41,139 nt of DNA, taken from NCBI GenBank assembly GCA_032718475.1, contig JAUCBJ010006935.1, forward strand, positions 1 to 41,139, read 5' to 3'. This document shows, piece by piece, positions 21,175 to 29,503 of this stretch. Below the pieces are notes generated by a model that was not told the DNA's origin, did not search any database, and worked only from the letters and a program-made list of their open reading frames with translations. Origin of the DNA: Nemertoderma westbladi (Eukaryota > Animalia > Xenacoelomorpha). Every line of letters starts with the position of its first letter. The stretch's first letter is position 1. The position numbers and the translations under genes are program-made.

Positions 21175-24132
21175 ATGTCTCAGGGCTCAGGGCAGTCATC
21201 GTCCCAACGGTGCTGTCAGTGTGGGATCCGCGCTTGTACCACTTCTAGTCGTTGTCGTTGTGTCCGTGCCGGGCAACCCTGCACCAGCTGCTCGCCTTTG
21301 TCGGTTGGCAATTGCTTGAACCCGCATCTCATATCGGGGGCCTCCATTAGTCCCGTAGTGGATGACACTCTGCTGCATGAATCCACTGGCGATGACTCGG
21401 ATGGGGATAGCTCGGATACTGATTCGTTTTCGAGTGCGATAACTCAGATAACTCAGATTCCCCGAGTCGTCGACACCGTTTCTCCTCCGTTATCTCTGCC
21501 TGGGAGTGCGAGTTCTCCTCCTTTCCCTACCACTGTGGAGCTTTTGGAGTCGGCCTTCGGTGGCCAGTGGTTAAACTCTCCTGGCTCTTCCACCGATCCG
21601 TATTGGGAGGCCAATTATTCCCGCCTCACCTGCCTTACTTGTTGCCAGTATATTGTGCCGGGTGGCAATGTGGGACGCAAAATCGCCGACTTAGTCGCTC
21701 GCGAGCTGGTATTTCTGACGGACGGTATCCACCCCTCGGAACGATCACTCTGTTGCGTGGCTACCATATTCCAGCGAGACCCAGACGTGACAAAAAGTGC
21801 GGATATTCGGCGTACTATGCTGCGCCGGATTGGCATGTGGGAGCGAGAGGAGTATAAGCAGCTGGTGGTGGAGGCGGAGCGCTGCAGCTCCAAGTTCGCT
21901 AAGTCCCGGGGATCGGCAAAAGTAAACCCGGGTCGGTTGTATAATCGGAAAATACTGGTGGGACAGAATCGGGCGGCAGTTCGTCTCATTACCGAGAGGG
22001 ACAGTGGTGGAATTTTAGACCCCAATTCCCAGGCAGAGGGGCGAGCACCTGGGATTACCGTACGTGAGGTTCTGGCGGAAAAACATCCCCCTCAGATGCA
22101 GGTTTCGCCGGACGCGTTTGAACCCTGTGACGACCTACCAGCCTTCGAGGATGTCGACATTACTGGTCAGCACGTCCTCAAGGTTACTCGAGTGCTACGT
22201 GGTGGAGCTGGTCCGATCGGCGGAGACGCCGAATTATGGAGTGCGTTGCTTACCCGCTACGAGGCGCACAGCTCCCGCCTCAGGGAGGCCGTCGCCGGGT
22301 TGGCTCGACGCCTCGCCAACTCGGTGGTACCTTGGGGCGAGATCCGTGCGCTGCGTGCCTGTCGCCTCGTCGCAATTGACAAGGAACCCGGTGTCCGCCC
22401 CATCGGCATTGGGGAGGTCCTGTACCGGTTGCTGACTAACTGCCTCACAGCCGCCACCAAGATGGATTTCATCGTGGAATGCGGGGCGGATCAACTCTGT
22501 GCGGGTGTTAAGGCGGGTGTCGAGGGCGCCGTCCATGCGATGGCTTCATTGTATGAGGACGACTCCACCGAGGGGATGCTCCTCGTAGACGCCTCTAATG
22601 CCTTTAACAGTTTGAGTCGCCCCGTGGCCCTGTGGAATGCGCGGGTCTACTGGCACCGGTGTTCCCGTTACCTCTTTAATGCATACAACGGCCATGCTGC
22701 TCTCTTCTTACAAGGGTCTGATGTACCGCTCTGGAGCAGGGAAGGGTACACCCAGGGCGACCCGGCCGCCATGCTTGGGTATGGCTGTGGGACCCTTCCC
22801 ATGATACGGAGGCTACGGGACATCCGGATACCTGAGTGTCCTGGCAACCCGCCGTCGTCCCTACCTGGCATCCCTTCGTCGACCCTGCCTGGTAACCTGC
22901 CGTCGACCCTGCACGGCGACTCGCCATCGACCGTACCCTGCAACTCGCTGTCGACACTATCCGGTAACTCGCCGTTGACCTTACCCGGCAACCCGCAGTC
23001 GACCCTACCCGGCAACCCGCCGTCGACCCTACCCGACAACCCGCCGTCGACCCTACCCAGCAACCCGCCGTTGACCCTATCCGGCAACCCGCCGTCGACC
23101 CTATCCGGTATCCCGCCGTTGATCCTACCTGGCAACCCGCCGTCGACCCTACCCGGCATCCCGCCGTCGACCCTACCCGGCAACCCGCTGTTGACCCTAC
23201 CCGGCAACCCACCTTCGTCCCTGCTTGGCGACCCGCCGTCTATCTTACCCGATAACCCGCCGTCGACCCTACCCGGCAACCCGCCGTCGACCCTACCCGG
23301 CAATCTGCCGTCGACCCTGCCTGGGGACCCGCTGTCAACCCTACCCGGCAACCCGCCGTCGTCCCTGCTTGGCGACCCGCCGTCTACCTTACCCGATAAC
23401 CCGTCATTGACCCTACCTGGCAACCCGCTGTCGACCCTACCCGGAAATCCGCCATCGACCCTGCCTGGCGACCCGCCGTCAACCCTACCCGGCAACCCGC
23501 CATCGACCCCGCCTGGCGACCCAACACCGCACCACCAAAGACAGTGCTGGTATGCCGATGATGCCTCATCTGCTGGTTCCCTCGCTGGTGTGCTCCGTTG
23601 GTGGGAGGAGTTGCTCCTCAGTGGACCCCGAATTGGGTACAACCCGGAGCCCACCAAGTCCTACTTGGTGGTGAAACCGGCGTATGTTGAGCAGGCACAC
23701 GAGATGTTTGGGAGGTCGGGCGTTCGGATCGTCTCCGGTCACAGGTTTCTGGGCGGTTATGTTGGTGATTCCCAGGGGCTGCGGGGTTTCATCGCGGAGA
23801 AAGTTGCGGGGTGGGTCTACAGCATCGGTAGATTGGCGGAGGTGGCCGAGGATTATCCCCAGACCGCTCATACGGGAATGTCCCGCTGCTTACAAGCGGA
23901 GTGGGACTTCCTGCTCCGGGTGGTTGAAATCGACGATGAGGATTTGGCTCCGATCCGGGAGGCGCTGCAGCACAGTTACATCCCGGCATTGTTCGGGATA
24001 CCCCTCGGTGCTGTTGACGAAGACTTGGTTCTTTTGCCAGTCCGACACGGTGGGATCGGGATTCGGGACCCGTTAATGCGACGGTGCCACGCTAGAGAGG
24101 CGTCGCTGGCCTGGCACAGCTGGGGTGGTTGA
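21175..24132 (+). CDS. CXC-like Cys-rich domain plus reverse transcriptase (CRE-like), upstream of a frameshift
   Basis: ATG at 21175 (MSQGSG). RT motifs GVRPIGIGE, VDASNAFN, EGYTQGDP, WYADD, GYNPEPTKS, RFLGG, LPVRHGGIGI. A +1 frameshift near 24112 joins the next ORF. Confidence 0.92.
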   Translation: MSQGSGQSSSQRCCQCGIRACTTSSRCRCVRAGQPCTSCSPLSVGNCLNPHLISGASISPVVDDTLLHESTGDDSDGDSSDTDSFSSAITQITQIPRVVDTVSPPLSLPGSASSPPFPTTVELLESAFGGQWLNSPGSSTDPYWEANYSRLTCLTCCQYIVPGGNVGRKIADLVARELVFLTDGIHPSERSLCCVATIFQRDPDVTKSADIRRTMLRRIGMWEREEYKQLVVEAERCSSKFAKSRGSAKVNPGRLYNRKILVGQNRAAVRLITERDSGGILDPNSQAEGRAPGITVREVLAEKHPPQMQVSPDAFEPCDDLPAFEDVDITGQHVLKVTRVLRGGAGPIGGDAELWSALLTRYEAHSSRLREAVAGLARRLANSVVPWGEIRALRACRLVAIDKEPGVRPIGIGEVLYRLLTNCLTAATKMDFIVECGADQLCAGVKAGVEGAVHAMASLYEDDSTEGMLLVDASNAFNSLSRPVALWNARVYWHRCSRYLFNAYNGHAALFLQGSDVPLWSREGYTQGDPAAMLGYGCGTLPMIRRLRDIRIPECPGNPPSSLPGIPSSTLPGNLPSTLHGDSPSTVPCNSLSTLSGNSPLTLPGNPQSTLPGNPPSTLPDNPPSTLPSNPPLTLSGNPPSTLSGIPPLILPGNPPSTLPGIPPSTLPGNPLLTLPGNPPSSLLGDPPSILPDNPPSTLPGNPPSTLPGNLPSTLPGDPLSTLPGNPPSSLLGDPPSTLPDNPSLTLPGNPLSTLPGNPPSTLPGDPPSTLPGNPPSTPPGDPTPHHQRQCWYADDASSAGSLAGVLRWWEELLLSGPRIGYNPEPTKSYLVVKPAYVEQAHEMFGRSGVRIVSGHRFLGGYVGDSQGLRGFIAEKVAGWVYSIGRLAEVAEDYPQTAHTGMSRCLQAEWDFLLRVVEIDDEDLAPIREALQHSYIPALFGIPLGAVDEDLVLLPVRHGGIGIRDPLMRRCHAREASLAWHSWGG
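22840..23523 (+). repeat. In-frame 24-nt tandem repeat (PGNPPSTL), about 28 units, inside the RT
   Basis: Unit cccggcaacccgccgtcgacccta, located between QGDP (22753) and YADD (23551). Confidence 0.95.
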
Positions 24133-25078
24133 TGCGCTGCTGTCGGACCGCCCCCTCCAGGTCGCAGACCACGCCGCGTGTCTCGCGTCGGCCCTCGCTG
24201 AAAGCCGCATTACCCAAGACGCGGCTTACAAGGCGAGACTGGAGTCCGCCCTCCTCGCTGTTCCTGCCGAACGGCGCCGCACGGTGGAGCGCACGGTCTC
24301 CCACAAGACGGGAGGGTGGCTGACCGCTCAGCCTTCGGCGGTGGACCACACCGACCTGGACCCCGAAGTGTTCCGGGACAACCTTGCCTTGCGGTATGGG
24401 TTGACGCCGCCCGGCCTCCCGGCTAAGTGCGAGGGGTGTGGGGAGTCTTTTTCGACGTCCCACGCCCTTAATTGCAAGTCGGGGGGCTTGATTATCAAGC
24501 GGCACAACGAGGTGCGGGAGGTCTTCGGGGACTTAATCGCGTCCGCGTTCGGGGGCTCGTGCGTCCAGCGTGAGGTTACGTTGGCGTCCGGCTACCTGGA
24601 CAGACAGGGCCGCGAGGTGGGTGGAGTAAGGGCGGACCTTCTGGCGAGGGGAGTCTGGGCCGAACAGAGGGTGGCGTCATTTGACATTGCGGTTGTAAAC
24701 GCTGACGCCCCCTCTTATGTTAACCGGTCCCTAGACTCCGTTCTCCAGCAGAGGGTCCGCGCCAAGAAGGTACACTATGCCGCAGTGTGCGAGGACCGTC
24801 GGATCTCCTTCACCCCCCTAGTCGGAACCACCGACGGGGTGTGGTGCAAGGAGGCCGATATCCTAATCCGCCACCTCGCGGAGACCCTGGTGGCCCGGCA
24901 GCGTGGGATGCGCGAGCGAGGCCTAGCCTGTGTGCTGGGCGGAGTGCGGAGGCGCCTATTGTTTGCGCTGCTGCGCTCAAACTCCCTGTGCCTGCGTGGC
25001 GGTAGGCGGCCATGGAGGGCGCTCGGGTTTGGGGACGGTGCCGGTCTGCGGGGGTTTGACCTCCAAGACCGGTACTGA
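24113..25078 (+). CDS. C-terminal CCHC zinc knuckle plus restriction-like endonuclease of CRE-like copy 1
   Basis: GGWLTA, CEGCG...HALNC, RHNEVRE, RADL, FDIAV, KKVHY, FTPLVGTTDG; stop at 25076-25078. Confidence 0.9.
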   Translation, partial: GTAGVVDALLSDRPLQVADHAACLASALAESRITQDAAYKARLESALLAVPAERRRTVERTVSHKTGGWLTAQPSAVDHTDLDPEVFRDNLALRYGLTPPGLPAKCEGCGESFSTSHALNCKSGGLIIKRHNEVREVFGDLIASAFGGSCVQREVTLASGYLDRQGREVGGVRADLLARGVWAEQRVASFDIAVVNADAPSYVNRSLDSVLQQRVRAKKVHYAAVCEDRRISFTPLVGTTDGVWCKEADILIRHLAETLVARQRGMRERGLACVLGGVRRRLLFALLRSNSLCLRGGRRPWRALGFGDGAGLRGFDLQDRY

Positions 25079-25807
25079 ATCCAAGTTTTAGACTTGTGTT
25101 TGGTGGAGGGATGTAAAAATTCTTACTAAATTTAATTTTGGTGGTGGTGGAAATTAAAATTAAAAATTGTATTTGACTTTTTGTATTGTTTTTGGTATTC
25201 TGACTAGTTTCCAAGGAATCTAGAAACTAAAACATATTGCATAATTTTCCACATTCTCGATATAGTAGGGGTGGAGATTGATTTATTGACGCTACGGCTA
25301 ATATATCGCCCGTTTCTAGCCAAAGTTACCCGTTGCCATGGCAACTAGGAACTTAAAAATAGTGGATATTGTCCTTATACTTGATATATTGGTGGTAGAC
25401 TCTGATCCCATGACGCTACGACCACTGCATTACGCCCGTTTAAAGCCTGTTGCTAAGGACAATGTCAATACTGCTAACTTTGAAGGTTGTTTTCACTTGG
25501 TTACTAAGGTATATTATAATTATTTAATAATTATTATTTAGTATTTAAGTATTTAAGACCCCTTGGGCTGGGCAGTCTAATAGAAGTAAACTGATAATTT
25601 TGCTATCAAATTAACATGGCAGCACTAATGCCATTGTTCTAGAATGTTTTGTAATTGATAGTTGATAATTTTACTTATATAAATTATGTTAATAATCATA
25701 TTTAAAAAATCGGAAATTGGAAATATTTAACATATTAACTGATTAAATTAAACATAAAGTAACGTTTTAAATGGAGGTACAGTACTGTACTAGGCCTACC
25801 TGTAGTT

Positions 25808-26414
25808 GGCACTGCTATGTCTTGTACCCCCCCCCCCCCCCCCCACTTTTGTCATAGAACATATTTATTGTTCTAGAACACATTTATTATGTTCTAGAAC
25901 AAAATTTATTTTGATAAAAAAAAATATTATTGTTCTAGAACAAATTTTTTTTCTAGAATTTATTTTTATTTTTCCAGTTTCTATAGTAATTATATATTTC
26001 GAGAATATTTATGGAGGGATACATTTTCTTAATATTTAAAAATGTTATAGAAATAGTTATACTGTTGTAGCTACATCATATTTAGGATAGAGAGTATCTG
26101 GAAACAGGCAAAGCAATTAATTATACGCAAACGAAGAGGTACAAAGATGCTGGCACACCACTTGGCAGAATACAGATGGCGATTACTACATAAAGAATCA
26201 CCATTCCTCGACTTGATTAAACTAATAAGACAAAAGTACAAATAGGTATAAATAATAGCTATAACTAATAAAATAAAATATTTGTTCTAGAACAAAAAAT
26301 ATTTTTTAAATAAATCTAAAGCTGGTCATAAAACAATATTTGATAATAAAAATAACACATATACCTAGTATTTATAAAAAAAAACAGGGGGTGTGTACAA
26401 GACATAGTAGTGCC
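25808..26414. mobile_element. Non-autonomous Mutator (MULE)-type element
   Basis: Perfect 9-bp TSD CCTGTAGTT (25799-25807, 26415-26423). TIR GGCACTGCTATGTCTTGTAC / GTACAAGACATAGTAGTGCC. Subterminal TGTTCTAGAACA palindromes. Confidence 0.82.
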
Positions 26415-26474
26415 CCTGTAGTTAATGAAGTTACTTTTTGATTTATAGTATTTCATTTGGTTCGAATCAACGCT

Positions 26475-27404
26475 ATGGCCACCCAAAGCAACTATTCTGA
26501 TACCCTTTCGGATACAGCGGGAGTAATTGTAGCTTGTAATATAAATCATAACCCAGTTATGCAACTTAATGACCCGCCATTGACAATTTCCTTCGATGGT
26601 AGAACAATGTCCCTTAATTGGCACAAACTACATACAAGAAATGAAGGAAGAATTGTGAGATTTGATCCTCAGCACAAGACTTCAATACGCGCTGGTGATT
26701 ACCCTTTTATGGAATCCTTCCACTGTGTACAGATAGAAAATATTAACTCCTATAGCTATTACATTGGATTTCAAAACCATTACGACGTTATTAAGTTCTA
26801 CGAAGCACTCAACCAAATCGACAAAGATCAATCTCAATTGAATTGTACGCTTGTAAATGATCCCATTTGGAATGGAAGAGAACACCCACTGGGGAAGCTG
26901 CAACAGACGGCACAGCAATCACATGGTTGTAGTGGGGCGCACCCACGGTCGTATCCACCAGTAGAGCAACCACATGGTTGGTCACGTTGGGCGCAGCCAC
27001 CGGTGCTGCCACCGCTGTCAGCAACGGGGAAGGCGCTCTATGGGGCAACAGGAAGTATAAATAGGGGAAGTGAAGATTTCGAAGGGGGGTCAGGGAGGTT
27101 GGATAGGTACCCGGTGGCCTCAGCTCATCAGAATAGAAAGCATGTTGCAACACTAACAAACCTAACAACCATGTTGGTAGAGAATATGGAGGTCGACGAG
27201 TTACTTATTATACTCCAGAGCAGTGGTGTGTTGGATTCACATGAAACCGAATTGGTCAGAACACGTAGAACCAGCCAAGACAAAAATAGTGAGCTAATTG
27301 AAATTATGAAGATGAAAACACTTAGCGATTTCCTTGTATTCGTTATGGCTTTGGAGTCAACCAACCAAAAGCACGTTGCTGATGAAATTTGTAAAAAAAT
27401 TTAA
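26475..27404 (+). CDS. Intronless protein with a putative N-terminal PH-like fold and C-terminal CARD/death-fold domain
   Basis: 309 codons from ATG (gctATGg). The last ~90 aa have CARD-like helical patterning (LVENMEVDELLIILQSSGVL...DKNSELIEIM...FLVFVMALESTNQKHVADEI). The N-terminus is beta-rich and ends YYIGFQN...KFYEAL. AATAAA at 27541. Confidence 0.75.
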   Translation: MATQSNYSDTLSDTAGVIVACNINHNPVMQLNDPPLTISFDGRTMSLNWHKLHTRNEGRIVRFDPQHKTSIRAGDYPFMESFHCVQIENINSYSYYIGFQNHYDVIKFYEALNQIDKDQSQLNCTLVNDPIWNGREHPLGKLQQTAQQSHGCSGAHPRSYPPVEQPHGWSRWAQPPVLPPLSATGKALYGATGSINRGSEDFEGGSGRLDRYPVASAHQNRKHVATLTNLTTMLVENMEVDELLIILQSSGVLDSHETELVRTRRTSQDKNSELIEIMKMKTLSDFLVFVMALESTNQKHVADEICKKI

Positions 27405-27865
27405 GAACAATGTGAAGATTAACAACATTTTTCTTAATTAAGACAAAAAACAGCTTTAATTATATTTTACAGTGAATTTAACAATTAAGTTAATTTAACA
27501 ATTTATAATCTATTATTTTGTAACAAATATTGAAAGCAATAATAAACACATTATATCACTCAATTATTACGTCCTTATGGTATTAGTTCTAGTAGTAACG
27601 ATTTTCTCTAACTTTTAGTTCAAAACTTAAGGTTAACAGGAAAGCAATGAAAAGTGTTGCCATTGCATCATAGTACAGGTCGATCATGTTTGTAGTTTTG
27701 CGACACTTGAGAAAAACATGGACTAATAAATTGGTGGAAAAGTGCCACATGTTTTTCCAAATTGCAAATGTGCCACTATTGTTAGATTCAAGTTTAAAAA
27801 AATTCTGGTCATGCAAGCAGCAAAATATATATGAATAAACTGTATCAAACATAATATCTACCAAC

Positions 27866-28049
27866 CAGTTTGTCGTTGAGGTACCAAACGAGATCTGGCA
27901 TAGGTCTCCCAACAACTCGGCAGTCCAACCGAGCGTTTTTTCCTTCCTTGGCTCGCACTGCGTTGGGGAGATTAGTAAAGTGGGGGGCATAAAGTTTCTC
28001 TTGTACGCCGCCTTCGGTGTGGTGAGAGCGGCGTTGAGCCTTGGAATCC
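27866..28049 (-). CDS. Host gene exon C: titin/kettin/palladin-like I-set Ig protein
   Basis: tttag|...VQEKLYAPHFTNLPNAVRAKEGKNARLDCRVVGRPMPDLVWYLNDKL|gttggt. Confidence 0.9.
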
Positions 28050-28187
28050 CTAAATAAACATATGTAAGTACATTAGTACACTTAATACCTAGAGAAATGA
28101 CATATTAGTAAATTGAATTCATAAGTAAATATTTGAAACCCTCGGCCTATAGGAAAGATACATAATACATAGGAGAAACAAACGAAC

Positions 28188-28429
28188 CTTACCACCATCT
28201 GCTTCATGGTGCCGGTCATATGATCAGGTATTTCCGGGTCACCTTGTCCATCGATATACAGGCTACCAGAAGAGACAGCAACATCATTGGGGTTGTCTGC
28301 CAGCACAGTGTAATGACCCGCATCTTCGGGGAACACGACATTCACGCATAGAGTAGCTATCCCTGACTTATAAACCGAACTTATTCGTTGGGACGGACGG
28401 ACTGGTTTACCCTCCTTGAACCACGCGAT
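28188..28429 (-). CDS. Host gene exon B: titin/kettin/palladin-like I-set Ig protein
   Basis: tttag|IAWFKEGKPV...ATLCVNVVFPEDAGHYTVLADNP...GSLYIDG...MVV(R)|gttcgt. Completes the Ig domain from exon A; its phase-2 end matches exon C. Confidence 0.88.
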
Positions 28430-28564
28430 CTAAATGTAATAAATGGAACCCGCTAACTGAACAGAGTAATAAATAAATTGTGTACGAGTTGGTAAGTACT
28501 TCGGGTGTCAGTAGCTGAATCTTGGATATTATTTGCGTGAATATTTATCGGTAATGAAATGTAA

Positions 28565-29225
28565 TTAGTGCCCGAGGACCTTGTCTGCAAGTTCGACGTT
28601 AGTGCCCGCGAGTGATTAGTGCCCGAGGACCTTGTCTGCAAGTGAGACGTTAGTGCCCGCGAGTGATTAGTGCCCGAGGACCTTGTCTGCAAGTGAGACG
28701 TTAGTGCCTGCGAGTGATTAGCGCCGAGGACCTTGTCTGCAAGAGAGACGTTAGTTCCCGCGAGTCATTAGTGCCCGAGGACCTTGTCTGCAAGTGAGAC
28801 GTTAGTGTCCGCGAGTCATTAGTGCCCGAGGACCTTGTCTGCAAGTGAGACGTTAGTGTCCGCGAGTCATTAGTGCCCGAGGACCTTGTCTGCAAGTGAG
28901 ACGTTAGTGTCCCGCGAGTCATTAGTGCCCGAGGACCTTGTCTGCAAGTGAGACGTTAGTGCCCGCGAGTCATTAGTGACCGAGGACCTTGTCTGCAAGT
29001 GAGACGTTAGTGTCCCGCGAGTCATTAGTGCCCGAAGACCTTGTCTGCAAGTGAGACGTTAGTGTCCGCGAGTCATTAGTGCCCGAGGACCTTGTCTGCA
29101 AGTGAGACGTTAGTGCCCGCGAGTCATTAGTGACCGAGGACCTTGTCTGCAAGTGAGACGCTAGTGTCCGCGAGTCATTAGTGCCCGAGGACCTTGTCTG
29201 CAAGTGAGACGTTAGTGCCCTCGAG
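28565..29225. repeat. Intronic minisatellite, 51-bp unit, about 13 copies
   Basis: Unit gttagtgcccgcgagtcattagtgcccgaggaccttgtctgcaagtgagac, near-identical copies, no spacers. Confidence 0.95.
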
Positions 29226-29283
29226 TCTGTATACAGTGATTACAGCTTGTAGTATATTTTTTTAATATGTATGTGTACATTAC

Positions 29284-29418
29284 CTTCGGGGACGGATTTC
29301 CAGTTATTCGACATTGGAAAACAGCCGGAGAACCCTCAAGTATTTTGCAGTCGTGTAGTTTAGTAGTAAACTGAGGAGGTCGGGGGTTTCCGCCTTGAGA
29401 AGAAGAATCAACATCAGC
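29284..29418 (-). CDS. Host gene exon A: titin/kettin/palladin-like I-set Ig protein
   Basis: tttag|...|gtaatg, phase 0/0. Translates ADVDSSSQGGNPRPPQFTTKLHDCKILEGSPAVFQCRITGNPSPK, the first half of an I-set Ig domain. Confidence 0.9.
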
Positions 29419-29503
29419 CTAAATAAAAATATTAGACAATAAACATCATAAACATCATTTATTTCAAATTTTAGGGGCAATTTTTATTGCTGCATGTTGC
29501 CAA

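Larger units (their letters stand above)
21037..25196 (+). mobile_element. CRE-like non-LTR retrotransposon with restriction-like endonuclease, copy 1
   Basis: TSD ATTCTGACAAGTTT (21023-21036) / ATTCTGACTAGTTT (25197-25210). Encodes RT+RLE; no poly(A) tail. Confidence 0.9.
19201..25459. mobile_element. Long inverted-repeat (~330 bp) fold-back element hosting two nested insertions
   Basis: 19201-19530 is the diverged reverse complement of 20965-21036 joined to 25211-25459, so the right arm is split by the CRE-like insertion. No terminal TSD was recognised. Confidence 0.65.

Noticed and set aside
22840-23523. Intein or spliceosomal intron explaining the RT insert
   Set aside because: There are no intein terminal or Hint motifs and no strong donor or polypyrimidine acceptor; an intron is not fully excluded without RNA data.
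21130-25078. Bacterial RT system (retron, DGR, group II intron)
   Set aside because: The CCHC+RLE C-terminus, TSDs and spliceosomal context indicate a eukaryotic non-LTR element.
19100-25541. Duplicated small gene (similar ORFs 19100-19297 and 25338-25541)
   Set aside because: The similarity is explained by the inverted-repeat arms; no coding signature.
28565-29225. CRISPR array or repeat-protein CDS (ORFs 28453-29203)
   Set aside because: There are no unique spacers, the context is a eukaryotic intron, and unit-length variants break the reading frame.
28565-29225. Tandem hammerhead or twister ribozyme
   Set aside because: CTAATGA is only loosely like CTGATGA, there is no matching GAAA core, and no convincing twister pseudoknot could be built.
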